Shown here in pieces: positions 6,357 to 14,988 of a stretch of DNA of 32,000 nt (positions are counted from its first letter, which is position 1; every line of letters begins with the position of its first letter). The notes under the pieces were generated by a model, which saw only the letters and a program-made list of their open reading frames with translations, had not been told where the DNA came from and did not search any database. The translations under genes were made by a program, and so were the position numbers. The DNA comes from Nitrosospira multiformis ATCC 25196 (GTDB lineage: Bacteria; Pseudomonadota; Gammaproteobacteria; Burkholderiales; Nitrosomonadaceae): positions 2,040,001 through 2,072,000 of the forward strand of contig NC_007614.1 in NCBI RefSeq assembly GCF_000196355.1, read 5' to 3'.

Positions 6357-8286
6357 GCTTGATTTTCCTCTTATTAACGTTTTTAGCCATTTCCTGGACC
6401 TGAAAGTGCTTTATTGACCACTCTTCCGTTATCTGAACGGTATTCAGGTCATCCACCACGATTTGCTGCTCGATCAGATGACTGAGCACGTGGAGAACAA
6501 GCAGTTGTACTTCCTGGATGCGTGAAGTTTCGTTTGACGGAACAATGATGTTGATATCAGTCAGTTCGCTGGCAGGACCACCCTCCTTGCCAAGCAGGCC
6601 AATGCAGAACATCTCGTGCCGGCGCGCCGTCCGGAGCGCCTTGACCAAGTTGACTGACTGCCCGCTCGAGCTGATGACAACCAGAACGTCCCCCGGCTGC
6701 CCATGCGCTTCGACCTGTCTGGCAAACACATCGTCAAATGTATAGTCATTCGACCAGGCGGTCACAAAGGCGGTATCGGCAGTGAGTGCCATTGCGGGCA
6801 AGCCGCGACGACCACTTGCCTCAAACCGCCCCATGAGTTCGGCCGCAAAGTGCTGCGCTTCGGCGGCACTCCCGCCATTGCCGCAAACCAATACCTTTCC
6901 GCCGCGCGCCAACGAGCGGTATACAGCCTGGGCCGAATCGAGGATGGCAAGGCGGATTTTCCGCCTGGACTTTTCAATAGTCTCTATTAATGACCCGAAG
7001 GAGTCGTCGATGTAGGACAAGGAATCTTCTTCTTCGTCCGCTCGCAGGGGGCTCTGGGTTGCAATCCGCTCGTACATGTTGGCCGTGAGATGCGTTGCCT
7101 TCATCCAGGTGTAATTCTGATTGACATGGCGGATGGCGTTTTCCTTGAAATACGTCATGAGCTTGTTGCTGCTCAAAAGCTCTATGATGCGGCGCCCGAG
7201 TGACGCGGGATCGTTGGGCGGCACGAGAAAGCCCGTCCTGCCATCCATGACGGTGGATTTAATGCCCCCAACATTTGACCCGATCACGGGCGTCCCGCAG
7301 GCCATTGCTTCAAGCGGGGTGATCCCGAACGGTTCATACCAGGGCGTAGTCGTGAATACGTCGCACGCGCTATAGTAATAATGCAGCATGTCGCGCGGGC
7401 GGCGTCCGACAAACGTCACAAGATCGCCCGCACCCTCTGCTTCAGCCAGTTTTTGCAGGCGACCGATTTCAGGCGTTGTTTTTGGATCGGGCTCATCCGA
7501 CTCCCCGCCCACTATCAGAAGACGTGCTTCGAAGTTATGCTCGCGCCGCATGTAGCCCAGCGCTTTTATGACGTTATCGACACCCTTTCGCCGCACCATG
7601 CGCCCCAGTTGCAGGATAATCTTTTCCTTGGGATCGAGTTTCAGCGCCATGCGCGCGAACAGCTTGTCGAGAGGATAGATCTCATCCGGTCTGAATCCGT
7701 TTGGAATAACCGTGATTTTTCCGGGATCAGCTTCATAAAGATTGATCAGATCATCGCGGTCCTGCGGGCACAAGGCGACAATCTGGTCCGCTTCTGTTAT
7801 CACCCTTTCTTCGATGGCAAAGCCCTCGTCCGGGAACCAGTCATTCCCTCCCTGGTGAAGCCTCCGCACTTTTGCGAGAGCGTGAAAGGTAACGATGAAA
7901 GGAATACCCAGTTTTCGCTTGATATCCGCCGCCACCAGCCCGGACATGAAGAAATGGGCGTGAACGAGCTTGTAGCGATTGTTTTCCGACTTGATAAACC
8001 GCAGGATGTCGCGCGTGAAGGCGGGCATATAAGGCAGCAGCTTTTCCTTGGGAATGAACGTGACGGGCCCGGCTTCCACATGGACGATGCGTATGCCATC
8101 CCGCCAGTTGAGGATTTTTGGAACACGGCGGTCATCCCAGCGGGTAAAGACATCAATTTCGTAGCCGAGGGCGGCAAGATGCCGGGCCAGCTCGGCCACC
8201 GCTATATTTTGTCCGCCGGTGTCCGTACCTCCTATTGCCGCGATGGGTGAAGCGTGTTCACTGATGAGGGCAATTCTCTTCTTCAT
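6334..8286 (-). CDS. Fusion protein: N-terminal GT4 glycosyltransferase (sucrose-phosphate-synthase-like) + C-terminal SIS-domain phosphoheptose isomerase (GmhA-like)
   Basis: This is a single uninterrupted 650-aa ORF. Residues ~1-410 have the SPS/GT4-like N-terminus ISEHASPIAAIGGTDTGGQNIAVAELARHL and the EX7E region YEPFGITPLEAMACGTPVIGS. Residues ~445-610 align by eye with E. coli GmhA (GGKVLVCGNGGSAAEAQHFAAELMGRF..., ISSSGQSVNLVKA..., RIQEVQLLVLHVL). A strong RBS GGAAGGAG precedes ATG 8286. Confidence 0.85.
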   Translation of the reverse strand: MKKRIALISEHASPIAAIGGTDTGGQNIAVAELARHLAALGYEIDVFTRWDDRRVPKILNWRDGIRIVHVEAGPVTFIPKEKLLPYMPAFTRDILRFIKSENNRYKLVHAHFFMSGLVAADIKRKLGIPFIVTFHALAKVRRLHQGGNDWFPDEGFAIEERVITEADQIVALCPQDRDDLINLYEADPGKITVIPNGFRPDEIYPLDKLFARMALKLDPKEKIILQLGRMVRRKGVDNVIKALGYMRREHNFEARLLIVGGESDEPDPKTTPEIGRLQKLAEAEGAGDLVTFVGRRPRDMLHYYYSACDVFTTTPWYEPFGITPLEAMACGTPVIGSNVGGIKSTVMDGRTGFLVPPNDPASLGRRIIELLSSNKLMTYFKENAIRHVNQNYTWMKATHLTANMYERIATQSPLRADEEEDSLSYIDDSFGSLIETIEKSRRKIRLAILDSAQAVYRSLARGGKVLVCGNGGSAAEAQHFAAELMGRFEASGRRGLPAMALTADTAFVTAWSNDYTFDDVFARQVEAHGQPGDVLVVISSSGQSVNLVKALRTARRHEMFCIGLLGKEGGPASELTDINIIVPSNETSRIQEVQLLVLHVLSHLIEQQIVVDDLNTVQITEEWSIKHFQVQEMAKNVNKRKIKHESTKCD

Positions 8287-8789
8287 ACTCCTTCCCTTTC
8301 ATTGAAGCCGGCCAAAGTAAGCCGCTCGGTACTGAAACAGAAGAATGCCCCCTCATTCACACGGGAACACTCCCTGTTACAACAGACCGACGTCTGCATG
8401 GCCAACCAGAGTATGTCGGATGTCGAAACGATCGAGGGTTACGAGATTTTCCATGGAGACACATACTGCATTCGAATCCAGTGTATCCCTTTGATTCCAG
8501 ATCAATCATCGAGTCGAATTAGAGCAGATGCCCGAATTTTAAGAAGGAAAACGCGTGCGCTCTGTTCGGTACCACACTCATGCTGAGCGGCGAAGCCTTC
8601 CGGAGGGGAGCTTGCTTAAGGCAGGCAAAAGGGCGGACAAAAGAGTACTGGATTGTCCTAGGGACGTTCCGGTTCGGGGATTCGCAATTGAAGAAGAAGC
8701 AGGAAGGTATTCTTATGACGCGGATACGAGGTTTCATCCGGCAATCTGGTTGATTCCCGGCTTTTTTCGCCCACTCGGCGCGGATTCAA

Positions 8790-11700
8790 TCAATCGAAAC
8801 TGAGCGAATAAAGCACATCGATCGCATTATCCGTTCCCGCACGGGCAACTAACGTGATCTTGGGAGTTAGCGCATAAGTGAGCTTCGTCACACCCGCCGT
8901 CGCGGCGGCAAGCCCTTGTTCGTAGCTGATGTAAGCCTCCTTCGACAGGCGCTTGCCGATCGTGCCAATCTGGCCGGTCAAGGGATCGCTTCCTGCCTGC
9001 CGGATCGATAGCTCGTCTACTCCCAGCGCCCGGGTTATTTTATCGGTCACACCGCCGGATTGCCCTCCGAGAATGGAGCCGGCCGCGGCAAGCAATAAGG
9101 AGGCGTCCGCCTTGCCTCCCGGAGCTCGCCCCAGCGTAATCCACGAGAGTTTCTCCAGGTCGGACACGGCCGGCGTCGATACCAGCTGTATGACGGGATG
9201 ACGCACGCTGCCAGTCACTTCAACTCCTGCCACCACCGCCAACCCCTTGCGCACTGCACGCACGTTCAGGGCCGGATCATCGATCGGACCCTGAAAGCCC
9301 ACGATGCCTCGCTCCACCGTTAAATCCTGCCCATAGGCCTCGAACTTCGTATCCTGTGCCGTAATGGTGCCGACAGTACGAAGCTTCTGTCCGGGCTCGC
9401 CCCTCAAATGCAATTGTCCGGCCAGCCTGCCTTCCAGCCCGGATGCATGGATGTAGAACCGCTCACCCAGATCGAGAGTGGCTTTAACATCGATACGCAA
9501 TCCCCTGCGCTCGGATTGCGGTCCATCCGGTTCGTCCCGGCCGATGATAATCACGTCATCGGGTAAATGAGGACGACCCGCGGTAGGCTGCGCCAGCAGC
9601 CCTGCATTCGCCATGAGATTTCCCTTGAGGGTGAGCATATTGTGTTCCAGCATGGCATTACCGCTTCCCGAAGCAATAATCCAGCGATCAGGCCGTTGAG
9701 CCAACGGAACAAGATTGGCGGTAATCTCGACACTGCCGCGTTCTCCGGTAAAATCCAGGACTCCCGACGCCCGCAAGGTACCCGGTCCTTTTGCGAGTTC
9801 CAGGTGCCGCAACAGAGGATCCTGCGGAGGAGATTGATGCGGCGCCGAGAAATCGAGGATGTCCATGTGAAGGGACTTCTCGTTAAAATGCGCCGCGAGC
9901 TTTCCCTGTTCAAGCCGCACGCCATGCTCCAGCGAGGCAACCGCAAGGTTATCTCCTTGTATCTTTCCTTCCAGACGCGGCTTGCCAAACGTCCCGACCA
10001 CATCTGCCTGCAATGCAATTGCACCGCCCGTTTTGATGCTGTTGTCAATGGCGGGACCCGTCCAGGAAATATCCTGCATATTGACAAAGATGTGCCCGGA
10101 GAGGGCAGCCTCCTGCAAAATCGTCCAGTGCATCCCCGACTCGACTGCTTTTGCCAACGGCATGGCGACAAGAGCGTTCGCCTCGCCCAATCGCTTGCCT
10201 CTTGCCGTGAGTTCTGCGGTCAGTTGGCCGTTTGTAGCCCGAGCAGACAATTTGAGGACTTGCAGACCCAGCGGTAGCGGCGGCTCATCCGGCAATATCC
10301 AGTCGCCACCCTCGCGTTCGATGTCAATAAAACCTTTCAGTTGGCTACCGGCTGAAATATCCCATTCTCCGTGTAGCCGGAGAGCTTCATGACCCGCTCC
10401 CCGATCGGCTTCATACCGCCTGCGCCCGTCCGCACCTTCGGTTTCGTTTGCCCCTGCAGTCTTTGCGGTCTTCGCTGCCGCCACAGACTCCACAGCCGCC
10501 TCCGACTTTTTCCCTCCAGCCCCGGGACGCAGTCCAATCCCCGAAAAATGCCCCTTTGTGCTCCACCTTTCAGGACTCCAATCGATTTCACGAATCTGCA
10601 CTGTGCCTCCCGCGATGCCGATGTTCGATAAACCGAGTGATGCGTGGTTGAAGCCAACTTGTACGGGAGAGGTATTTTTGAGGCTAAATGGAACTCGCCC
10701 CGACCCGGACAACTCCATCAGTTCCCCTGCCCATTCGGCATCCCGCCTCTGCCCCCCCGTTTTGGCAAGACCCCCTCTGCCTCGGAGGGACAGCCTCTGA
10801 TCATCGACCAGTTGGGCAGAGACCTGGATCTCGTGTTGTGAAGTACTGCCTCCCATTTCCACACTGAGTTGTTGCAGACGTGGATTTGCCTGGAGCCGGT
10901 AGTCCGCAGCCAGGATCTTTAACGTGATCGCATCGCCGTGCAGCGTGCCATCGGCAGTGAAATTATCCAGATAATGCTCATTCGGGAGCTTGATGCCCTT
11001 TCCCGTGACGTAAAAGCTTATATCCGGCAATTCAAGCGGCTTCTCGATAAAACTGGCGGAACTGCTCCCCATTATTGCCTTCGCCATCAGTGAGCCCCCA
11101 AGCCCGTACCCAATTTGCGCCAGCGCAGGAGCATTCAATTCAAGCTGCAGTTGATCGCCTGGACGCCCGTAACCGCCACGCGCCAGAAGCCGGTTCGTGC
11201 CGAAGTTTAATTCGATCCCCCCTTTAGCCCGGCTGAGCCCTGCAAACTCGATGCGGCCATTGCCTGATACCGGTTGTTCCGCGACGTGACTGTTAGCGAT
11301 TGCAAACTGAGCCGTACCTGCCGGTTCTGAAACTTTTCGGGAGGATTCGGGCGTTCCGGTTGAACCCAGCTCACCTGTCAGTTTGAGTGTCGCGTTGAGA
11401 TCGGTTCGAGGCCCCTGCAAAAACACAGAAATATCAAAGCGCCGCAAGCTGCCCCCCAGGTCAAACTCCCGCTGCCCGTTCAACTCCATCCTGCCCTGAC
11501 CGGTAAACAGGGATTGCCCATGGCTGAGGCGCACTTTTTCCAGTGTCAGCACATCGTCCGCCAGTGTCATATGAACATCCGCACTCAGCTTCCGATCATG
11601 AAGCGCCAATATTCCCTGCTGGCTCTTCTCATCCCCACTGAGTCTCAGGGATCCACTGACATTCGTGGGCCGCATCCGCGTATCCAGCCCGGCCAGGTTA

Positions 11701-12851
11701 ACCTGCCGGATGCGCAAATCCGCCGATCCTCTTGCCTGCTTGAGTTGCCATACGACATCACCCATGATCGATCCGCCGCCTGGCAGCAGCAGTTTCAAGT
11801 CATGAAGCTGGAGCAGTTCCGCCGACAACACGGGGGCTGCGCGTGCTTCGAGCACCGGGAGACCGCCCGTATCCAGGGCGGAAGGCTTGCTGTTTTTGAC
11901 GGTCAGGGTGCCTTCGAGTTGGCCCGCCATTTTTTCATTCAAATCCGCCTGCAAATCAAGCCTGGCCTGAGGCGCCGTAGCGGAAAAAACATGAGGATCC
12001 AGGCCGCTCAGTGACAACCGCAGGCCTGCCACTGCGAACGGAGCAAAGGGACGCAATTGCGCATCTCCCTCCCCTGACAGCCCGGCGCCCTGCCCCTCGA
12101 TTTTCACGTCGATCTGTGCCAGATTACCGCCAAGGGTGGCAGAAATGCGTGCTTCCGATTTCTCTGTCAACGTGCCGGCTGGTTGTTGCGCTTTGGGAAC
12201 GGAAATTCCTGCCAGGGTTACATAGCCTTCCAGGGGAAAAGGCTTCTCGCCTTTCAGTTGGGCTGATGCAGTGAGGCGGCCATAGTCGAGCATGACGCGC
12301 AGTTCAGGAATCTGATGAATGTGTCCATCACTTGTCAATTTCGTGGCAAGGTCCAGCGCCCGAAAAAACGGAGCGCCCCCTTTTTCGCGCATCACACGGA
12401 GGACGCCAATCTCGAACTTGCGCACCTCCAGCGACAAGGGCAGTTCCAGATTATCCGGCTGTGTTGCCGGTTCCGGAGAAGGAGATGAAACCACTTCCAC
12501 TTCCCCCGCTGTCAAGGCGATGATCTTGAGCTGGCCCGAACGTAATGCACCGGGTTCCCAATCCAGTTGCACATCCCGTGCGACGATAAGCAGGTTTTCT
12601 CCGGAAAAGCGCATGCGCCGGACGCTGACGGATCGGGACAGTTTTCCTTCCAACCCTTCAAAAGAAATGCTATCCGCGCTCAGACGGGAGAGGGCCGACC
12701 CGAGCCAGACGAGACCCGAGTTGCTTGTGGCCAGCCAGAGGGCGGAGCCTGCGACCGCGAGGAGGATGAAGATCGCCGCCAGCAGCATCCATTGCCACCA
12801 GCGGAAGCTTGGGAAAGCATGTTGGATTCGCTGTTCGTTTACAGCCTTCAT
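8790..12851 (-). CDS. tamB: Translocation and assembly module subunit TamB (DUF490 family inner-membrane-anchored protein)
   Basis: 1353-aa ORF with an N-terminal membrane anchor (WWQWMLLAAIFILLAVAGSALWLA). The body is long and beta-rich, and the C-terminus is DUF490-like (...KITLVARAGTDNAIDVLYSLSFD). It starts 6 nt after the tamA stop. Confidence 0.85.
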   Translation of the reverse strand: MKAVNEQRIQHAFPSFRWWQWMLLAAIFILLAVAGSALWLATSNSGLVWLGSALSRLSADSISFEGLEGKLSRSVSVRRMRFSGENLLIVARDVQLDWEPGALRSGQLKIIALTAGEVEVVSSPSPEPATQPDNLELPLSLEVRKFEIGVLRVMREKGGAPFFRALDLATKLTSDGHIHQIPELRVMLDYGRLTASAQLKGEKPFPLEGYVTLAGISVPKAQQPAGTLTEKSEARISATLGGNLAQIDVKIEGQGAGLSGEGDAQLRPFAPFAVAGLRLSLSGLDPHVFSATAPQARLDLQADLNEKMAGQLEGTLTVKNSKPSALDTGGLPVLEARAAPVLSAELLQLHDLKLLLPGGGSIMGDVVWQLKQARGSADLRIRQVNLAGLDTRMRPTNVSGSLRLSGDEKSQQGILALHDRKLSADVHMTLADDVLTLEKVRLSHGQSLFTGQGRMELNGQREFDLGGSLRRFDISVFLQGPRTDLNATLKLTGELGSTGTPESSRKVSEPAGTAQFAIANSHVAEQPVSGNGRIEFAGLSRAKGGIELNFGTNRLLARGGYGRPGDQLQLELNAPALAQIGYGLGGSLMAKAIMGSSSASFIEKPLELPDISFYVTGKGIKLPNEHYLDNFTADGTLHGDAITLKILAADYRLQANPRLQQLSVEMGGSTSQHEIQVSAQLVDDQRLSLRGRGGLAKTGGQRRDAEWAGELMELSGSGRVPFSLKNTSPVQVGFNHASLGLSNIGIAGGTVQIREIDWSPERWSTKGHFSGIGLRPGAGGKKSEAAVESVAAAKTAKTAGANETEGADGRRRYEADRGAGHEALRLHGEWDISAGSQLKGFIDIEREGGDWILPDEPPLPLGLQVLKLSARATNGQLTAELTARGKRLGEANALVAMPLAKAVESGMHWTILQEAALSGHIFVNMQDISWTGPAIDNSIKTGGAIALQADVVGTFGKPRLEGKIQGDNLAVASLEHGVRLEQGKLAAHFNEKSLHMDILDFSAPHQSPPQDPLLRHLELAKGPGTLRASGVLDFTGERGSVEITANLVPLAQRPDRWIIASGSGNAMLEHNMLTLKGNLMANAGLLAQPTAGRPHLPDDVIIIGRDEPDGPQSERRGLRIDVKATLDLGERFYIHASGLEGRLAGQLHLRGEPGQKLRTVGTITAQDTKFEAYGQDLTVERGIVGFQGPIDDPALNVRAVRKGLAVVAGVEVTGSVRHPVIQLVSTPAVSDLEKLSWITLGRAPGGKADASLLLAAAGSILGGQSGGVTDKITRALGVDELSIRQAGSDPLTGQIGTIGKRLSKEAYISYEQGLAAATAGVTKLTYALTPKITLVARAGTDNAIDVLYSLSFD

Positions 12852-12857
12852 GCGCTG

Positions 12858-14714
12858 TCAGAACGCCACGGCAATCGAAAAATGAAAACGGAATTTCCCG
12901 TCCCGCTGCCCGCGGGCGACATCCACCGCCAATGGCCCTACAGGACTGCGCCAGCGTATCCCTCCCCCGTATCCGACAGCCGGGTTCAACCCGCCTATGG
13001 TATCGGCCGCATCCCCCACATCGGTAAAGATGGCAGCACCCCAATTACGTGTAAGCCAGTGATTATATTCAATTGAACCCGTGAACATTACCCTGCCCCC
13101 GACCACCGCGCTGCCTTCCCTCACGCCTAAACGCTGAAAAGCGTATCCGCGAACGGATTGAATACCGCCCGCTCTAAAGAGATATTCCTGGGGAATGCCG
13201 AAGCGCGAGGGAGCAAAGGTGTACCCCAGCTCGCCCCTCAGAAATAGCACGTCGCGCTTGCCCACCGGATACCAGAACTGATGCCTGGCATAAGTCCGCA
13301 AGAAGTCCTGATCGGACAACAGTTCCCGCTTGCCGCCACCGATGCGCAATTCGGAAACGCTGCCATCCCTGGGGAATAACGGGTTGTCCACGGAACGATA
13401 GCGTAGATAACCGTCCAGCACCAAGGTCTGGTTGATCTGCTCCAGGCCCCCTTTTGGATCCCGGTTTTCCCGCTGCCAGTTCAATGATAGTCTTGTTTCG
13501 GTCTTGTCCAAGAGCTGGTTGCGACTGACGCCGACTTTCTGGCGTATGGTTTCCAGTTGCTGGATAAAGGTTCTATCCGCTGCCGCCCCCAAGGAAAACC
13601 ATGTTCCCGAGGCATCCGCCACGCTGTCGATTGAGCCCGTCAAGCTCTGGCGTTTCTGCTCGATACGCAATCCACTGTTCAGTCTCAAGGCGTTATTCAG
13701 GAAATCGTTATTCATGTAAGTGACCTCGCCACGCGCACCCGTATTGGAACTGTACCCTGCGCCGAACCCTACCCTCTTCGACTTCGCCTCCGATAGCACT
13801 ACCTCTACCGGCGCCGCCTGATGCGTTACTTCGTCAGGTTGAATATTGACAGCCGCAGAACTGAATTGAGGCAGATTCTGCAATTTCGTCTGGAACGAGA
13901 GTAATTGATCACGGCGATAAAGGTCCCCCGGTTTAAATGGCGCAAGGCCGCTTATGAGTGAGGGTTCGTAGCGATTGAGCCCTTTTATGTCGAGCTCGCC
14001 AAAGTGGAATGCCGGCCCGGAGTTCACTATCACCCTCAACCGCGCCTGCGAAGAATCGGGATCTATCTCCGCCCTGCTTTCCTCGATCTGCGCTGCGACA
14101 TAATCCTCTCCCGCGACATTGGATAGCAATACCGATTTGGCCTCTTCCCAGGCAGGGGAGCGAAAGGGCTGGCCTTCCTTGAGGGACCAGGCAGAGCGCA
14201 GCTTTTCAATCCGTGCGCGCCGTCCAGGCTCATCAACACTCAGGTCTCCCTTGAACTCGATATGCACCCCGACAACCATTGTCCGCGGTCCCGGCGCGAC
14301 TTCCAGTTGCGGTACCTCGCCGGGGGTGGAGAGATGCAATGTTATCCTGGGCATGAAATAACCCTCGGTGGCGAGCAGTTCGCTAATTTCGCGCTGGGCG
14401 CGCCGCATGAAAGTAGCGCGCGCAGTTTCATCTTCCAGAGCTTCTGTCGGCAGACGGAAATGTGTTTTCAGCAGATCCGCCACGGGCTCCGGAGCGGAAA
14501 GGCTGATGGAGGGGGGAGGAGCATCGTCTCCGAAGAGGCCGCCGAAGAGACCCGCTTCGACCGTGTCGTTACTCAGCATGAGCAAAATGATCACCCCGAG
14601 ATAAAGACACGCTTTATCCGCCAGAAGAGAAAACAAGAATTTCAAGACGGGCAAATGCAAGAAGGGCTGTATAAACAATACTGGAAGCCCGCGAATGAAA
14701 GGCAGGCTTTGCAT
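12858..14714 (-). CDS. tamA: Omp85/BamA-family outer-membrane protein TamA
   Basis: 618-aa ORF with POTRA-like repeats followed by a surface-antigen (D15) beta-barrel. It ends in the OMP-type C-terminal motif FHFSIAVAF. The exact start is uncertain because the N-terminus before the hydrophobic signal-like stretch is unusual. Confidence 0.8.
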   Translation of the reverse strand: MQSLPFIRGLPVLFIQPFLHLPVLKFLFSLLADKACLYLGVIILLMLSNDTVEAGLFGGLFGDDAPPPSISLSAPEPVADLLKTHFRLPTEALEDETARATFMRRAQREISELLATEGYFMPRITLHLSTPGEVPQLEVAPGPRTMVVGVHIEFKGDLSVDEPGRRARIEKLRSAWSLKEGQPFRSPAWEEAKSVLLSNVAGEDYVAAQIEESRAEIDPDSSQARLRVIVNSGPAFHFGELDIKGLNRYEPSLISGLAPFKPGDLYRRDQLLSFQTKLQNLPQFSSAAVNIQPDEVTHQAAPVEVVLSEAKSKRVGFGAGYSSNTGARGEVTYMNNDFLNNALRLNSGLRIEQKRQSLTGSIDSVADASGTWFSLGAAADRTFIQQLETIRQKVGVSRNQLLDKTETRLSLNWQRENRDPKGGLEQINQTLVLDGYLRYRSVDNPLFPRDGSVSELRIGGGKRELLSDQDFLRTYARHQFWYPVGKRDVLFLRGELGYTFAPSRFGIPQEYLFRAGGIQSVRGYAFQRLGVREGSAVVGGRVMFTGSIEYNHWLTRNWGAAIFTDVGDAADTIGGLNPAVGYGGGIRWRSPVGPLAVDVARGQRDGKFRFHFSIAVAF

Positions 14715-14988
14715 GTAAAGCCGCGGAACAAGGCAAATCTTTGCCCCCGCAGGCGGACCGCCAGGATCAAAGAATAGCAGACCGGCGATATAAGCGATTT
14801 TCCTGAGTAAAGCGCATTCGGCCCGGTTGCGTCAAGCCTTTGCTTGGCAAGCTCTCTCCTGCCATCGTCTACACAACCTGGGGTCTACCCAACCTGCGTG
14901 CCTTGCGCTACAACCTCCGTATACTATGCTGAACAAAGTCAGGCATTTACTGTCTACGAATATAACAGTACGAGAGCAAGGATATCTG

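Noticed and set aside
7381-8250. 289-aa plus-strand ORF
   Set aside because: It is antisense to the GT4 domain of the GT4-SIS fusion gene and has no recognisable motif, so it is a shadow ORF.
9551-10277. 206-aa (-) and 236-aa (+) ORFs inside tamB, and similar 60-190-aa frames across 8953-13076
   Set aside because: All overlap the 1353-aa TamB or TamA frames and have Arg/Pro/Ser-rich composition typical of off-frame translation. Several other long antisense frames were rejected for the same reason: 15349-16038, 21636-22343, 29951-30661 and 24940-25509.
2221-14714. Idea that the GT9 enzyme is an autotransporter-heptosylating BAHT (TibC/Aah-like), given that tamAB lies directly upstream
   Set aside because: The GT9 N-terminus is of the ordinary LPS-heptosyltransferase (WaaC/WaaF) type. 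It lacks the TibC-type CxxC iron-finger region as I recall it. No autotransporter or adhesin gene is present, and a 503-bp gap separates tamB from the operon. The adjacency is probably coincidental.
14827-14988. 54-codon 5' extension of ftsH (TTG start)
   Set aside because: The extension is not FtsH-like, whereas ATG 14989 with an upstream AAGGA gives the usual short cytoplasmic N-terminus before TM1.
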